64,000 nucleotides of DNA from an uncultured Flavobacteriales bacterium (lineage in GTDB: Bacteria; Bacteroidota; Bacteroidia; AKYH767-A; 2013-40CM-41-45): NCBI GenBank assembly GCA_964355885.1, contig CAYHFJ010000002.1, forward strand, positions 499 to 64,498, written 5' to 3'. Position 1 is the stretch's first letter. Every line of letters begins with the position of its first letter. The notes under the pieces were generated by a model. The model was not told the origin of the DNA and made no database searches. It saw only the letters and a program-made list of their open reading frames with translations. Both the position numbers and the translations under genes were made by a program. Below are positions 1-9,237 of this stretch, piece after piece.

Positions 1-2346
1 CATTCGTTTTGTTGCCAGGGTTGTAAGCTTGTTTATGAGATTCTGTCCGAGAACAATCTGCATTCATATTATAAATATAATGCTTCGCCCGGAATCTCAC
101 CCAAGCCGAATAAAGGTAAAGACCGCTTCGGGTTCCTGGATGATATTGCTGTTAAAAGTAAGATGCTTCAATTCAGCGATGGTAATACGGCTGTTGTTAC
201 TTTTTATGTCCCACAAATGCATTGCAGCAGTTGTATCTGGTTATTGGAAAACCTGAACAGCCTGATTCCTGCTGTCATGCGTTCCCAGGTTAATTTTGTA
301 AAGAGAACAGTTTCTATCACTTATCAGGAGAATAAGTTGAGCCTTCGTGAATTGGTTTATGTGATGGCAAAGATTGGATACGAACCCCATCTCGACATGA
401 CTGATCTGGATGGGCGTAGTATCAGAAAGAAGGATAGGTCAGTTACTTTCCGCATTGGTATTGCTGGGTTTGTATTTGGGAACATCATGCTATTCAGCTT
501 TCCTGAATATTTTTCATTGTCTGATGCAGATAACCCGGGATTTAACACGGTATTCAACTACCTTAATTTAGCATTATCAATTCCCTTACTTTTTTATTGT
601 AGTGCACCGTTTTTTAAGGGAGCATGGCAGAGTTTAAGTCAGAAAGTATTAAACATCGATGTACCTATCGCCTTAGGAATAGCCGTAATGTTTATCAGGA
701 GTGTTATTGAGATCCTTTCAGATACCGGACCGGGTTATCTTGATACGATGGCGGGTTTGGTTTTTTTTATGTTGATAGGCAGAGCATTTCAGGATAAAAC
801 ATACAAGACAATTTCTTTTGAGAGAAATTATAAATCCTTTTTTCCTATTTCAGTAATGTGCCGGAAAAAGGGTAGAGGAGAAGAGATTTCAACTTCGGTT
901 TCCTCTTTGGAACCCGAGGATCACATTGTAATCCGGAATGAAGAATTAATTCCGGCTGACTCCATAATAATTAAAGGAGATGCAAAAATTGATTATAGTT
1001 TTGTTACAGGTGAATCTGAACTTCAAGCAAAAACTGAAGGTGATTTACTGTATGCCGGGGGCCGGCAAATTGGGGAAGCTGTTGAACTAAAAGTTTTAAA
1101 GGAGGTTTCGCAAAGTTATCTGACCCAATTATGGAATCAGGATGTATTTTCAGATCCGCATGCAAAACATTCCTTTCAGAATCTGGTTAATCGGATTAGT
1201 CACTATTTTACTATAGCTATTTTGTTCATTGCAATTGCAGGGTGGACGTTCTGGCTTATTCAAGGTGATATTTCAAAAGCCTGGAATGCATTTACCGCGG
1301 TGCTTATTATAGCTTGTCCTTGTGCATTAGCTATTTCGTCTCCATTTACTCTTGGAAACATCATTCGGATATTTGGCAGAAGAAAGTTTTATCTTAAAAA
1401 TGTAACAGTCATAGAAAAGCTTTCTAAAATTGATACAATCGTCTTTGACAAAACCGGAACTCTCACACGCCGCAATCCTGAATCAATGAGGTTTGTTGGT
1501 ATTCCATTGGAATCATTGGAGCAGAAGATGATTGCCAGTTTGGTGCATAATTCCGCACACCCATTAAGCAGGGTATTGTATTCCAATTTACCTGCAACAC
1601 CAAGATTCAGCCTGAAAAATTTTAAGGAAGTTCCAGGTGCAGGATTGGAGGCAATAATCAATGGCACCCTGATCCGCATTGGGTCTAAAACATTTGCAGG
1701 AGAGTCAACTAATACGGACCAGATAAATAGAACCCGTATATATATTTCCTTTAACTCTATGCAACGCGGATACTTTGAAATGGGAAACTCATATCGTTCC
1801 GGCCTAAAAGAGTTGATTGTGAATTTGAAGAAGAATAAATTTGCACTCGAAGTTCTTTCAGGTGATAATGAAGGAGAGAAGGATTTTTTAAGTTCAGTCT
1901 TTGGATCGGGTGCCGGTTTAAGATTTAATCAATCTCCTCTTGATAAATTGAACTTTATCCGGGATTTGCAGAATCATGGTCATAATGTAATGATGGTTGG
2001 GGATGGATTGAATGATGCAGGTGCATTGAAACAAAGCAATGTTGGTATTTCTGTTTCTGATGATATAAATAATTTTTCTCCCGCATCTGATGCCATCCTG
2101 TCGGCTGAAAATTTCAACAAATTAAATCAGTTTCTGGATTTAGCAAAGAATAGTCACCGGATTATACTTGCCAGTTTCATGATTTCATTGCTTTATAATG
2201 TTGTGGGATTGTCGTTTGCCCTGCAAGGAACCCTCTCTCCTGTAATTGCCGCTATACTTATGCCAGTCAGTTCCATGAGTATAATTGTGTTTACCAGTAT
2301 AGTGACAAACCTGATTGCGAAAAAACACCCTGCAAGCAAATTTTAA
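1..2346 (+). CDS. ccoI: Copper/heavy-metal translocating P1B-type ATPase of the cbb3 oxidase maturation set (CcoI/FixI-like); the 5' end lies outside the window
   Basis: Frame 1 is open from base 1 (HSFCCQGCKLVYEIL... precedes the tracked Met at 163), so the window edge truncates the gene. Motifs read in the translation: CxxC metal site (QMHCSSC), membrane CPC (IIACPCALAISSP), phosphorylation site DKTGTLT and hinge GDGLNDA. It lies directly upstream of ccoS-ccoNO-ccoQ-ccoP-ccoG. Confidence 0.9.
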   Translation, partial: HSFCCQGCKLVYEILSENNLHSYYKYNASPGISPKPNKGKDRFGFLDDIAVKSKMLQFSDGNTAVVTFYVPQMHCSSCIWLLENLNSLIPAVMRSQVNFVKRTVSITYQENKLSLRELVYVMAKIGYEPHLDMTDLDGRSIRKKDRSVTFRIGIAGFVFGNIMLFSFPEYFSLSDADNPGFNTVFNYLNLALSIPLLFYCSAPFFKGAWQSLSQKVLNIDVPIALGIAVMFIRSVIEILSDTGPGYLDTMAGLVFFMLIGRAFQDKTYKTISFERNYKSFFPISVMCRKKGRGEEISTSVSSLEPEDHIVIRNEELIPADSIIIKGDAKIDYSFVTGESELQAKTEGDLLYAGGRQIGEAVELKVLKEVSQSYLTQLWNQDVFSDPHAKHSFQNLVNRISHYFTIAILFIAIAGWTFWLIQGDISKAWNAFTAVLIIACPCALAISSPFTLGNIIRIFGRRKFYLKNVTVIEKLSKIDTIVFDKTGTLTRRNPESMRFVGIPLESLEQKMIASLVHNSAHPLSRVLYSNLPATPRFSLKNFKEVPGAGLEAIINGTLIRIGSKTFAGESTNTDQINRTRIYISFNSMQRGYFEMGNSYRSGLKELIVNLKKNKFALEVLSGDNEGEKDFLSSVFGSGAGLRFNQSPLDKLNFIRDLQNHGHNVMMVGDGLNDAGALKQSNVGISVSDDINNFSPASDAILSAENFNKLNQFLDLAKNSHRIILASFMISLLYNVVGLSFALQGTLSPVIAAILMPVSSMSIIVFTSIVTNLIAKKHPASKF

Positions 2347-2379
2347 CTTTTAATAAAAATGAACCACTTAATACAATTG

Positions 2380-2395
2380 CATGATTAAAGTCATG
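2380..2395. promoter_or_regulatory. Perfect inverted repeat CATGA-N6-TCATG upstream of the ccoS/ccoNO promoter; candidate regulator (Crp/Fnr-type?) site
   Basis: Read directly: CATGA (2380-2384), ttaaag, TCATG (2391-2395). It sits about 45-60 nt upstream of the -7 box at 2439. No known consensus was matched, so this call rests on position only. Confidence 0.2.
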
Positions 2396-2438
2396 TTTAT
2401 TTTCGGACTCAATCATAAATCCGACTACGTAATTGCAA

Positions 2439-2446
2439 TATATTTG
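2439..2446 (+). promoter_or_regulatory. Bacteroidota-type -7 promoter box (TAnnTTTG) for ccoS-ccoNO
   Basis: TATATTTG at 2439-2446 matches the TAnnTTTG -7 consensus described for Bacteroidetes sigma-A promoters. It lies in the 111-nt gap between ccoI and ccoS. Confidence 0.45.
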
Positions 2447-2457
2447 GCCACTAAATT

Positions 2458-2658
2458 TTGAAATTAGTGACTGTGCTTTTTCTTCTGATTTTAGTTAGTC
2501 TTTTATTAGCTATCGGCTTTCTCCTTGCATTCATCTGGAGTGTCAATGATGGCCAGTTTGATGACGATTATACACCTTCAGTTCGCATTTTATTTGATAC
2601 GGAACCTTCATCTGACAAAACAGCATCTTCAAGTACTATAACAAAAGAAGATTTATGA
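2458..2658 (+). CDS. ccoS: cbb3-type cytochrome oxidase maturation protein CcoS/FixS
   Basis: Small protein with one TM helix followed by FIWSVNDGQFDDDYTPSVRILFD, the typical CcoS signature (GQFDD). It starts with TTG (a GTG at 2467 is an alternative). Its stop overlaps the ccoNO start (ATGA). Confidence 0.8.
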   Translation: MKLVTVLFLLILVSLLLAIGFLLAFIWSVNDGQFDDDYTPSVRILFDTEPSSDKTASSSTITKEDL

Positions 2659-4781
2659 GCATAGAAAAATTCAGTTACGACAATCATACGGTTAAATATT
2701 TTGCAATTGCCACTGTTGTCTGGGGAATTGTAGGGATGTTAGTTGGCTTAATTGCAGCCTTAGAACTAACGACTCCAATCTTGAATATCTCCCCGTGGCT
2801 GAGTTTTGGCCGCATACGTCCACTGCATACTAATGCAGTCATTTTTGCTTTCGTTGGTAATGGTATTTTCATGGGAGTATATTATTCATTGCAGCGCCTT
2901 CTTAAAGCGAGGATGTATAGTGATCTGCTTAGTAAAGTACATTTTTGGGGTTGGCAGTTTATCATTGTGTGTGCGGCTATAACGCTTCCTCTTGGCATTA
3001 CTACCAGTAAGGAATACGCTGAATTGGAATGGCCAATTGATATTATGATCGCATTGGTCTGGGTGATTTTTGCGATAAACATGTTTGGAACTATCATTAA
3101 GAGACGTGAGCGGCACTTATATGTTGCCATCTGGTTTTATATTGCCACTGTGGTTACAGTCGCTGTTCTGCATATTGTTAATTCACTCGCTCTTCCTGTA
3201 AGTTTATTTAAAAGTTATTCAATTTTTGCCGGTGTGCAGGACGCATTGGTTCAATGGTGGTACGGTCATAATGCGGTAGCATTTTTTCTGACAACGCCGT
3301 ATCTGGGTCTCATGTATTATTTCGTTCCTAAAGCTGCTGAACGTCCCGTATATTCTTATAAGTTATCAATCATTCACTTCTGGGCTTTAATTTTTCTCTA
3401 CATATGGGCCGGTCCTCACCATTTACTTTATACATCCCTGCCGGATTGGGCACAATCACTGGGTGTTGTATTTTCTATTATGCTCATTGCTCCCTCATGG
3501 GGCGGGATGATAAATGGATTGCTGACTCTGCGAGGTGCCTGGGATAAGGTTCGTGAAAGTGCTGTCTTAAAATTCATGGTTGTGGCTATCACAGCGTATG
3601 GTATGTCAACATTTGAAGGCCCTTTGCTTTCTCTGAAGAATGTCAATGCAGTTGCACATTTTACTGATTGGATCGTAGCACATGTCCATGTAGGAGGATT
3701 GGGATGGAATGGGATGCTGACTTTTGGTATTCTATATTGGTTGATTCCTAAAATGTACCAGACAAAATTACATTCGAAAAAACTTGCCAACTTTCACTTC
3801 TGGATCGCGACACTTGGAATTATTTTCTACGCGATTCCACTATATTGGGCAGGTCTTGTACAGTCACTGATGTGGAAGGAATTTACCGCTGACGGTATCC
3901 TTAAATACCCCAACTTTTTAGAAACTGTTGTTCAGATTTTACCAATGTATAAGCTTCGTGTTGTTGGAGGGTCGCTATACATAATTGGCGCATTGGTTAT
4001 GGTTTACAATTTATGGAAGACAGCTGTAGCGGGAAATTTTCTCGCTAACGAAGCCGCAGAAGCACCTGCTCTTTCAAAAATTGAACAGGAACATAAAGGT
4101 CATTGGCACCGCTGGATTGAACGCCGACCTGTACAGATGTTGATTGCGAGTTTGATAGTCATCCTTATCGGTGGTATAATTGAAATTGTTCCAATGCTTA
4201 CAATTAAATCAAATGTTCCGACTATTACCTCAGTGAAACCATATACACCGCTTGAACTACATGGCAGAGATATTTATGTCAGAGAAGGTTGTTATACTTG
4301 TCATAGTCAGATGATACGCCCTTTCCGATCTGAGACCGAGCGATATGGGCAGTATTCAAAGGCAGGAGAATTTGTATACGATCATCCATTCCAATGGGGA
4401 TCAAAACGCACCGGTCCTGATTTGGCGCGCGAAGGAGGTAAGTACCCTAACTCCTGGCATTTTAATCATATGATCGATCCAACTTCTATGTCTCCTGGTT
4501 CCATTATGCCGGTATATGATTTTATGGCTGAAGATGATTTGGATATTTCAACTACAGCCGCGAAAATAAGAGTTATGCAGAAGTTGGGCGTGCCCTATTC
4601 AGAAGGTTATGATAAGAAGGCTAATGAAGATCTTGCCGTTCAGGCAGGTGCTATATCGGAGGACCTCCGGAAATCCGGTATTTCTGTAGACCCTAAAAAA
4701 GAAATCATTGCCATGATCGCATACCTGCAACGTTTGGGAATCGACATTAAAGTAAATAAGACCGAAACATCAATGAAGTAG
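2655..4781 (+). CDS. ccoNO: cbb3-type cytochrome c oxidase, fused subunit I (CcoN) and subunit II (CcoO)
   Basis: 708 aa. The N-terminal roughly 470 aa form a polytopic heme-copper oxidase (WWYGHNAV, HFWALIF, HVHVGGLGWNG). The C-terminal part has one TM helix plus a monoheme CcoO domain (CYTCHSQMIRPF, RTGPDL, NWHFNHM). Confidence 0.93.
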   Translation: MSIEKFSYDNHTVKYFAIATVVWGIVGMLVGLIAALELTTPILNISPWLSFGRIRPLHTNAVIFAFVGNGIFMGVYYSLQRLLKARMYSDLLSKVHFWGWQFIIVCAAITLPLGITTSKEYAELEWPIDIMIALVWVIFAINMFGTIIKRRERHLYVAIWFYIATVVTVAVLHIVNSLALPVSLFKSYSIFAGVQDALVQWWYGHNAVAFFLTTPYLGLMYYFVPKAAERPVYSYKLSIIHFWALIFLYIWAGPHHLLYTSLPDWAQSLGVVFSIMLIAPSWGGMINGLLTLRGAWDKVRESAVLKFMVVAITAYGMSTFEGPLLSLKNVNAVAHFTDWIVAHVHVGGLGWNGMLTFGILYWLIPKMYQTKLHSKKLANFHFWIATLGIIFYAIPLYWAGLVQSLMWKEFTADGILKYPNFLETVVQILPMYKLRVVGGSLYIIGALVMVYNLWKTAVAGNFLANEAAEAPALSKIEQEHKGHWHRWIERRPVQMLIASLIVILIGGIIEIVPMLTIKSNVPTITSVKPYTPLELHGRDIYVREGCYTCHSQMIRPFRSETERYGQYSKAGEFVYDHPFQWGSKRTGPDLAREGGKYPNSWHFNHMIDPTSMSPGSIMPVYDFMAEDDLDISTTAAKIRVMQKLGVPYSEGYDKKANEDLAVQAGAISEDLRKSGISVDPKKEIIAMIAYLQRLGIDIKVNKTETSMK

Positions 4782-4806
4782 ATTCAAACACTCAAATTAC
4801 AAAATT

Positions 4807-4992
4807 ATGTTTAAGAATTATTTAAATGGAATTGATGGTATCGCAACCTATCCTGTACTCTTACTCGTTATATTCTTTCTTTTTTTTGTAGCGATGTCGG
4901 TTTGGTTGATACGCGCTGATAAAAATCAATTGCAGATACTTGCCCGCTTACCCTTACAGGATTCTAATGAAGATACACAGATCAATGAATAA
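4807..4992 (+). CDS. ccoQ: CcoQ-like small membrane subunit of cbb3 oxidase
   Basis: 61 aa with a single TM helix (YPVLLLVIFFLFFVAMSVWLI). It sits between ccoNO and ccoP, where ccoQ is normally found. Confidence 0.6.
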   Translation: MFKNYLNGIDGIATYPVLLLVIFFLFFVAMSVWLIRADKNQLQILARLPLQDSNEDTQINE

Positions 4993-5971
4993 ATTGATTC
5001 AAATTATGAGGACTCTATCTAAGTGCCCAAAACATTTCACATTCATCCTGGGATTGCTCTCCTTGTCTTTTCTGTCTACTGCCCAAGAGGTGGGGACTTC
5101 ACCTGCGAGTAGTCCAATTTCAAAAGTGCCGGATATTTTATATGATCCAACAACTTACCTGTGGATTTTACTGGGATCACTAATAATTGCTGTCTTCATC
5201 GCATTATCAAGAGCAGTAAAAGTCCTTGGTAACGTTATTAACACAAGAAAAAAAAGCGAAACAGATCATAAAACCATTCAAGGAATATCTCATAGAGACT
5301 CGGTCTGGACAAAGCTCATGAAGATGCTGACCCGGTCTGTTCCTGTTGAATACGAAGCTGATGTAATGCTTGATCATGACTATGACGGTATTCGCGAATT
5401 AGATAATAAATTGCCTCCCTGGTGGGTTTTTGGATTTTACATCACCATTATTTTCGCTTTTGTTTACCTAATTCATTACCATGTGAGCGGATCGGGCAAC
5501 CTCCAATTAGAAGAATACAACAATGAACTAAGGGTAGCTGAAGCAGAAAAAGAAAATAGAATTAAAAGCGATGCAAATTTTGTGACTGAAGCGAACGTGT
5601 TAACTCTTTCGGATCCTATGGCATTAAATGAAGGTCAAAGTATCTATATTAAAAATTGCGTTGCCTGTCATGGTAATGAAGGCCAGGGTGGCGTTGGACC
5701 TAATATGACAGATGTATTCTGGATTAACGGGGGAGGAATTAAAAATATCTTTCGTGTAATTGCTGATGGTGTTCCTTCAAAGGGTATGATTTCTTGGAAA
5801 TCCCAACTTTCTCCAAAACAAATTCAATCGGTTGCGAGTTATATTCTTACAATTCAAGGCACAAACCCTCCAAATCCAAAAGATCCGCAAGGAGAAAAGT
5901 GGGAAGAGTCGTCACCTGATACTAATATAGTTTCTGTCGATACTTTACAACAGGTTAATACCAATAAGTAG
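4985..5971 (+). CDS. ccoP: cbb3-type cytochrome c oxidase subunit III (CcoP/FixP-like), with only one visible heme c site
   Basis: FixP N-terminal motif DHDYDGIRELDNKLPPWW followed by a TM helix, then a C-terminal cytochrome c domain (CVACHGNEGQGGVGPNMTD ... MISW). I chose the ATG at 4985 (MNKLIQ...) as the start. The tracked start at 4940 would overlap ccoQ by 53 nt. Confidence 0.8.
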   Translation: MNKLIQIMRTLSKCPKHFTFILGLLSLSFLSTAQEVGTSPASSPISKVPDILYDPTTYLWILLGSLIIAVFIALSRAVKVLGNVINTRKKSETDHKTIQGISHRDSVWTKLMKMLTRSVPVEYEADVMLDHDYDGIRELDNKLPPWWVFGFYITIIFAFVYLIHYHVSGSGNLQLEEYNNELRVAEAEKENRIKSDANFVTEANVLTLSDPMALNEGQSIYIKNCVACHGNEGQGGVGPNMTDVFWINGGGIKNIFRVIADGVPSKGMISWKSQLSPKQIQSVASYILTIQGTNPPNPKDPQGEKWEESSPDTNIVSVDTLQQVNTNK

Positions 5972-5973
5972 GC

Positions 5974-7386
5974 GTGAATAAAAGCGGGGAGGAATTTAAT
6001 AGAGATGAATCCTTTCGGGATAGCATTTCTACTATCAGCAAGGAAGGGAAACGAAACTGGATCTATCCAAAGAAACCTAAAGGCAGGCTCCATAACAAAA
6101 GAGTCATAGCAACTATCGTGTTGTTAAGTATGCTTTTTAGTGGTCCTTTCTGGACATGGAATGACCATGCAATGTTTCTTTTTAATGTGCTTGAAAGAAA
6201 ATTTATTTTGTTTGGCATTCCTTTCTGGCCACAGGATTTTTTCCTCTTTGTTTTAGCTATGCTTACCTTTTTTGTTTTCATCATTCTCTTTACCGCGATT
6301 TTTGGCCGAGTATGGTGCGGATGGGCTTGCCCGCAGACTATTTTTCTCGAAATGGTATTTCGTAAAATTGAATATGCCATAGAGGGTGATTACACACGTC
6401 AGAAAACATTGGATAGCAGTCCTTGGAATGCAGAAAAGATCCGCAAGAAATCGCTAAAGCATTTTATTTTCTTTCTCATTTCATTTATTATCTCAAATAC
6501 CTTTTTGGCTTATATTATTGGTGTCGATCAGCTCAAATTGCTTGTCACTGAAGGGCCGGAAAATCACACAGGAGGATTTGCCTCATTAATTCTTTTCACC
6601 GGAGTGTTTTATGGTGTTTTTGCCCGTTTTCGTGAGCAAGTTTGCCTTGTTGTTTGTCCATATGGACGACTTCAAGGTGTGCTGCTTGACAGGAATTCAG
6701 TCGTGATTGCCTATGATTATAACAGGGGAGAGCCTCGCGGAAAGATAAAAAAGGGAACTGAAAGACAAGATGGCGATTGTATCGATTGTCATCAGTGTGT
6801 TCATGTTTGCCCTACAGGAATTGATATCCGTAATGGAACACAACTGGAATGTGTAAATTGTACTGCGTGCGTGGATGCATGTGATGAGGTCATGGATAAG
6901 GTTGGATTTCCAAAGGGCCTTATCAGGTTTGCCAGCGAGAATAGTATCGCGTCCAGGATTAAATTCAAAATAACCGGACGAATTCTGGGATATACCGGTA
7001 TTTTGGTTTTACTGATGTCCACTTTATTCACACTGCTTGCTTTACGAAGCGATATTGAGTCAACTATTTTGCGAACTCCCGGTCAATTGTTTCAGGAGCA
7101 GGATAACAATCGGGTAAGTAATTTGTATAACATTCAGATTATTAATAAAACGTATAAGGATCTTCCAATAGAAGTAAAAGTGAAATCGCATAAAGGAGAA
7201 ATTCGCTACATCGGAACTGAAATTACTGAAGTAAGACATGATTCTCTGGTGGAAGCTGTGTTTTTTATTATTCTTCCACGTGAAGACATTGTTAAATTGA
7301 AAACAAAGGTACGTTTGAGTATTCTTTCTGATGGTAAAGAAATAGATGAAGTTGAAACAAATTTCTTAGGACCAAATGCACATTGA
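5974..7386 (+). CDS. ccoG: Cytochrome c oxidase accessory protein CcoG/FixG (polyferredoxin-like)
   Basis: Cys motifs CGWACPQT, CPYGRLQG, CIDCHQCVHVCP and CVNCTACVDACD, plus TM helices. It has a GTG start 2 nt after the ccoP stop. Confidence 0.9.
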   Translation: MNKSGEEFNRDESFRDSISTISKEGKRNWIYPKKPKGRLHNKRVIATIVLLSMLFSGPFWTWNDHAMFLFNVLERKFILFGIPFWPQDFFLFVLAMLTFFVFIILFTAIFGRVWCGWACPQTIFLEMVFRKIEYAIEGDYTRQKTLDSSPWNAEKIRKKSLKHFIFFLISFIISNTFLAYIIGVDQLKLLVTEGPENHTGGFASLILFTGVFYGVFARFREQVCLVVCPYGRLQGVLLDRNSVVIAYDYNRGEPRGKIKKGTERQDGDCIDCHQCVHVCPTGIDIRNGTQLECVNCTACVDACDEVMDKVGFPKGLIRFASENSIASRIKFKITGRILGYTGILVLLMSTLFTLLALRSDIESTILRTPGQLFQEQDNNRVSNLYNIQIINKTYKDLPIEVKVKSHKGEIRYIGTEITEVRHDSLVEAVFFIILPREDIVKLKTKVRLSILSDGKEIDEVETNFLGPNAH

Positions 7387-7388
7387 TC

Positions 7389-7829
7389 ATGAAACTAAAC
7401 TGGGGCTGGGGTATTTTTATTGTTCTTGTTCTTTTTATTGCTTTCATGGTAAATCTTGTCTATAAAAGTTCTCAGGTCAGAGTGGATCTTGTATCAGAGA
7501 ATTATTATGATAAAGAAATTAATTACCAACAGCAGATCGATCGCGAAAAAAATTCTCTTGGACTTGTGCAGGATGTGCAGATTCGAAAAAATTCTGAATT
7601 TGTTGAGATTGTTTATCCTTTAGATTTCAATGGTTCAGGTATTTCCGGAGATATACAGTTCTTCAAGCCAGATAACGCATCTCTCGATTTTACATTGGAT
7701 GTAAACGCCGCGGAAGGGAATCGACAGATTATAAATACGATGGCATTCAAACAAGGTTGGTGGGAGATAAAGATAAACTGGACCTATCAGCAAACGGATT
7801 ATTACAAATCAGAAAAAATACTTTTTTAA
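7389..7829 (+). CDS. FixH family protein (CcoH-like cbb3 assembly factor)
   Basis: N-terminal TM anchor (WGIFIVLVLFIAFMVNLV) followed by ENYYDKEINYQQQI, typical of Bacteroidota FixH-family proteins that follow ccoG. The ATG at 7389 lies just after the ccoG stop (the tracked TTG at 7383 is possible). Confidence 0.65.
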   Translation: MKLNWGWGIFIVLVLFIAFMVNLVYKSSQVRVDLVSENYYDKEINYQQQIDREKNSLGLVQDVQIRKNSEFVEIVYPLDFNGSGISGDIQFFKPDNASLDFTLDVNAAEGNRQIINTMAFKQGWWEIKINWTYQQTDYYKSEKILF

Positions 7830-7831
7830 GA

Positions 7832-8500
7832 ATGGATATCTGGGTTTATTCAGCTTTTCTGGTAGGCTTTCTCGGAAGCTTTCACTGCGCAGGTATGTGC
7901 GGGCCAATCGCGCTTGCTTTGCCTACTCAAAACGAATCGCGGATTGATATTATTATAGGAAGGTTGTTGTATAATGGCGGTCGTGTTCTAACATATTCCT
8001 TGTTGGGATTACTGGTGGGACTTCTTGGACATACCATTTCTCTGGCAGGATACCAGGGACCGCTTTCCGTAATTTCAGGCATCCTGATTTTATTGGCAGT
8101 ATTCCTGCCTTTTGTTTTTAAGCGATTCGATGCATTATCTAAAATCTCATCTTTGTATTCTTCCAAACTGAAAAGAATATTCCGCTCATTGTTTGGTCAG
8201 CGGTCCAGAATCACCCTTTTGTCGATAGGCGTGGTAAATGGTTTTCTTCCTTGCGGATTTGTATATCTGGCCTTAGCCGCGGCAATTGCGATGGGCACCG
8301 TTACTGAAAGTGTGTTTTATATGGTATTCTTCGGAATAGGAACCATTCCTATGATGCTCACCCTTTCATTGCTTGGAAGATTTGCCGGTCCCGGCTTTAG
8401 TCAGTTTATTTATAAAGCCAATCCATTTATTGCTGTATCCGTTGCAGTTTTACTGATTTTGCGTGGCTTCATGATAGGTCCGCAGGTTTGCTGCCATTAA
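7832..8500 (+). CDS. TauE/SafE- or DsbD_2-type membrane protein at the end of the cco locus
   Basis: Polytopic membrane protein beginning MDIWVYSAFLVGFLGSFHCAGMCGPIALAL (HCxxMC motif). The ATG at 7832 lies 2 nt after the FixH stop. The tracked start at 7757 would overlap FixH by 73 nt. Confidence 0.7.
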   Translation: MDIWVYSAFLVGFLGSFHCAGMCGPIALALPTQNESRIDIIIGRLLYNGGRVLTYSLLGLLVGLLGHTISLAGYQGPLSVISGILILLAVFLPFVFKRFDALSKISSLYSSKLKRIFRSLFGQRSRITLLSIGVVNGFLPCGFVYLALAAAIAMGTVTESVFYMVFFGIGTIPMMLTLSLLGRFAGPGFSQFIYKANPFIAVSVAVLLILRGFMIGPQVCCH

Positions 8501-8670
8501 ATATTGACCCTTGCAACTTATTGCCTGTGTATTTTCCTGAATTAACCTAATACCTGGCTTTGTAATACATATTGCCATGAGTAGCTTGAGTAGTTGAGGC
8601 CAGATAGGACGTATTTCAATCTCATTAATTCTTTGCGCTCTCAGTTACTCTTTGTATTTTCGTAAGGATT

Positions 8671-9087
8671 ATGATCCAACCTGATTTCAATACTGCCCTC
8701 GCATTTTCTCTGTTACGTACCGTAACAGGAATTATTTTTTTCTTTCAGGGGTACGATAAAATTTTCAATGTGAAAATTAAAAATGTGGTTGAAACTTTTC
8801 ACGACCCTATCGAAAAAACCTATATCCCCAATTCACTACTCAAGCCATTTTCCTGGATTACTTCGATTGCCGAAATGGTTGGAGGGATTTTGCTGGTAGT
8901 AGGTTTACTAATTGATTTAAGTTTACTTATGCTCAGCATTGATATGCTTCTTGTTGCTTTTGCATTCAGTAATATAAAAGCCATGTGGGACATGCAGTAC
9001 TATTTTCCCCGCTTCATTTTTTTACTTCTCCTTCTATTGTTACCCCCTGAATGGGACCGGTGGAGTTTAGATGCTTTTTTAAAATAA
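8671..9087 (+). CDS. DoxX family membrane protein
   Basis: 138 aa with four hydrophobic segments and an N-terminal LLRTVTGIIFFFQGYDKIF pattern like DoxX. Confidence 0.65.
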   Translation: MIQPDFNTALAFSLLRTVTGIIFFFQGYDKIFNVKIKNVVETFHDPIEKTYIPNSLLKPFSWITSIAEMVGGILLVVGLLIDLSLLMLSIDMLLVAFAFSNIKAMWDMQYYFPRFIFLLLLLLLPPEWDRWSLDAFLK

Positions 9088-9237
9088 GGGATTCTTTCTG
9101 CGCAATTTATTAAACCAACATAGCCTGCCGGGTCATCTGAATCCTTGTTTAGGTCGTGAATCCTGAGGGCTATCTAACTTTCAAAAATATTTGTACCTGA
9201 TTAGGTTGTTGGAGTATTAAAGTACTTAACATTTTTA

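Noticed and set aside
4940-4984. The tracked upstream start of ccoP (MPAYPYRILMKIHRS...); the same issue applies to 7757-7831 for the TauE-like gene, 13033-13074 for cdd, 29529-29612 for the flavin reductase and 57186-57248 for rfbB.
   Set aside because: These extensions overlap the preceding gene or a promoter and add non-conserved residues. Internal Met codons give canonical N-termini with compact junctions.
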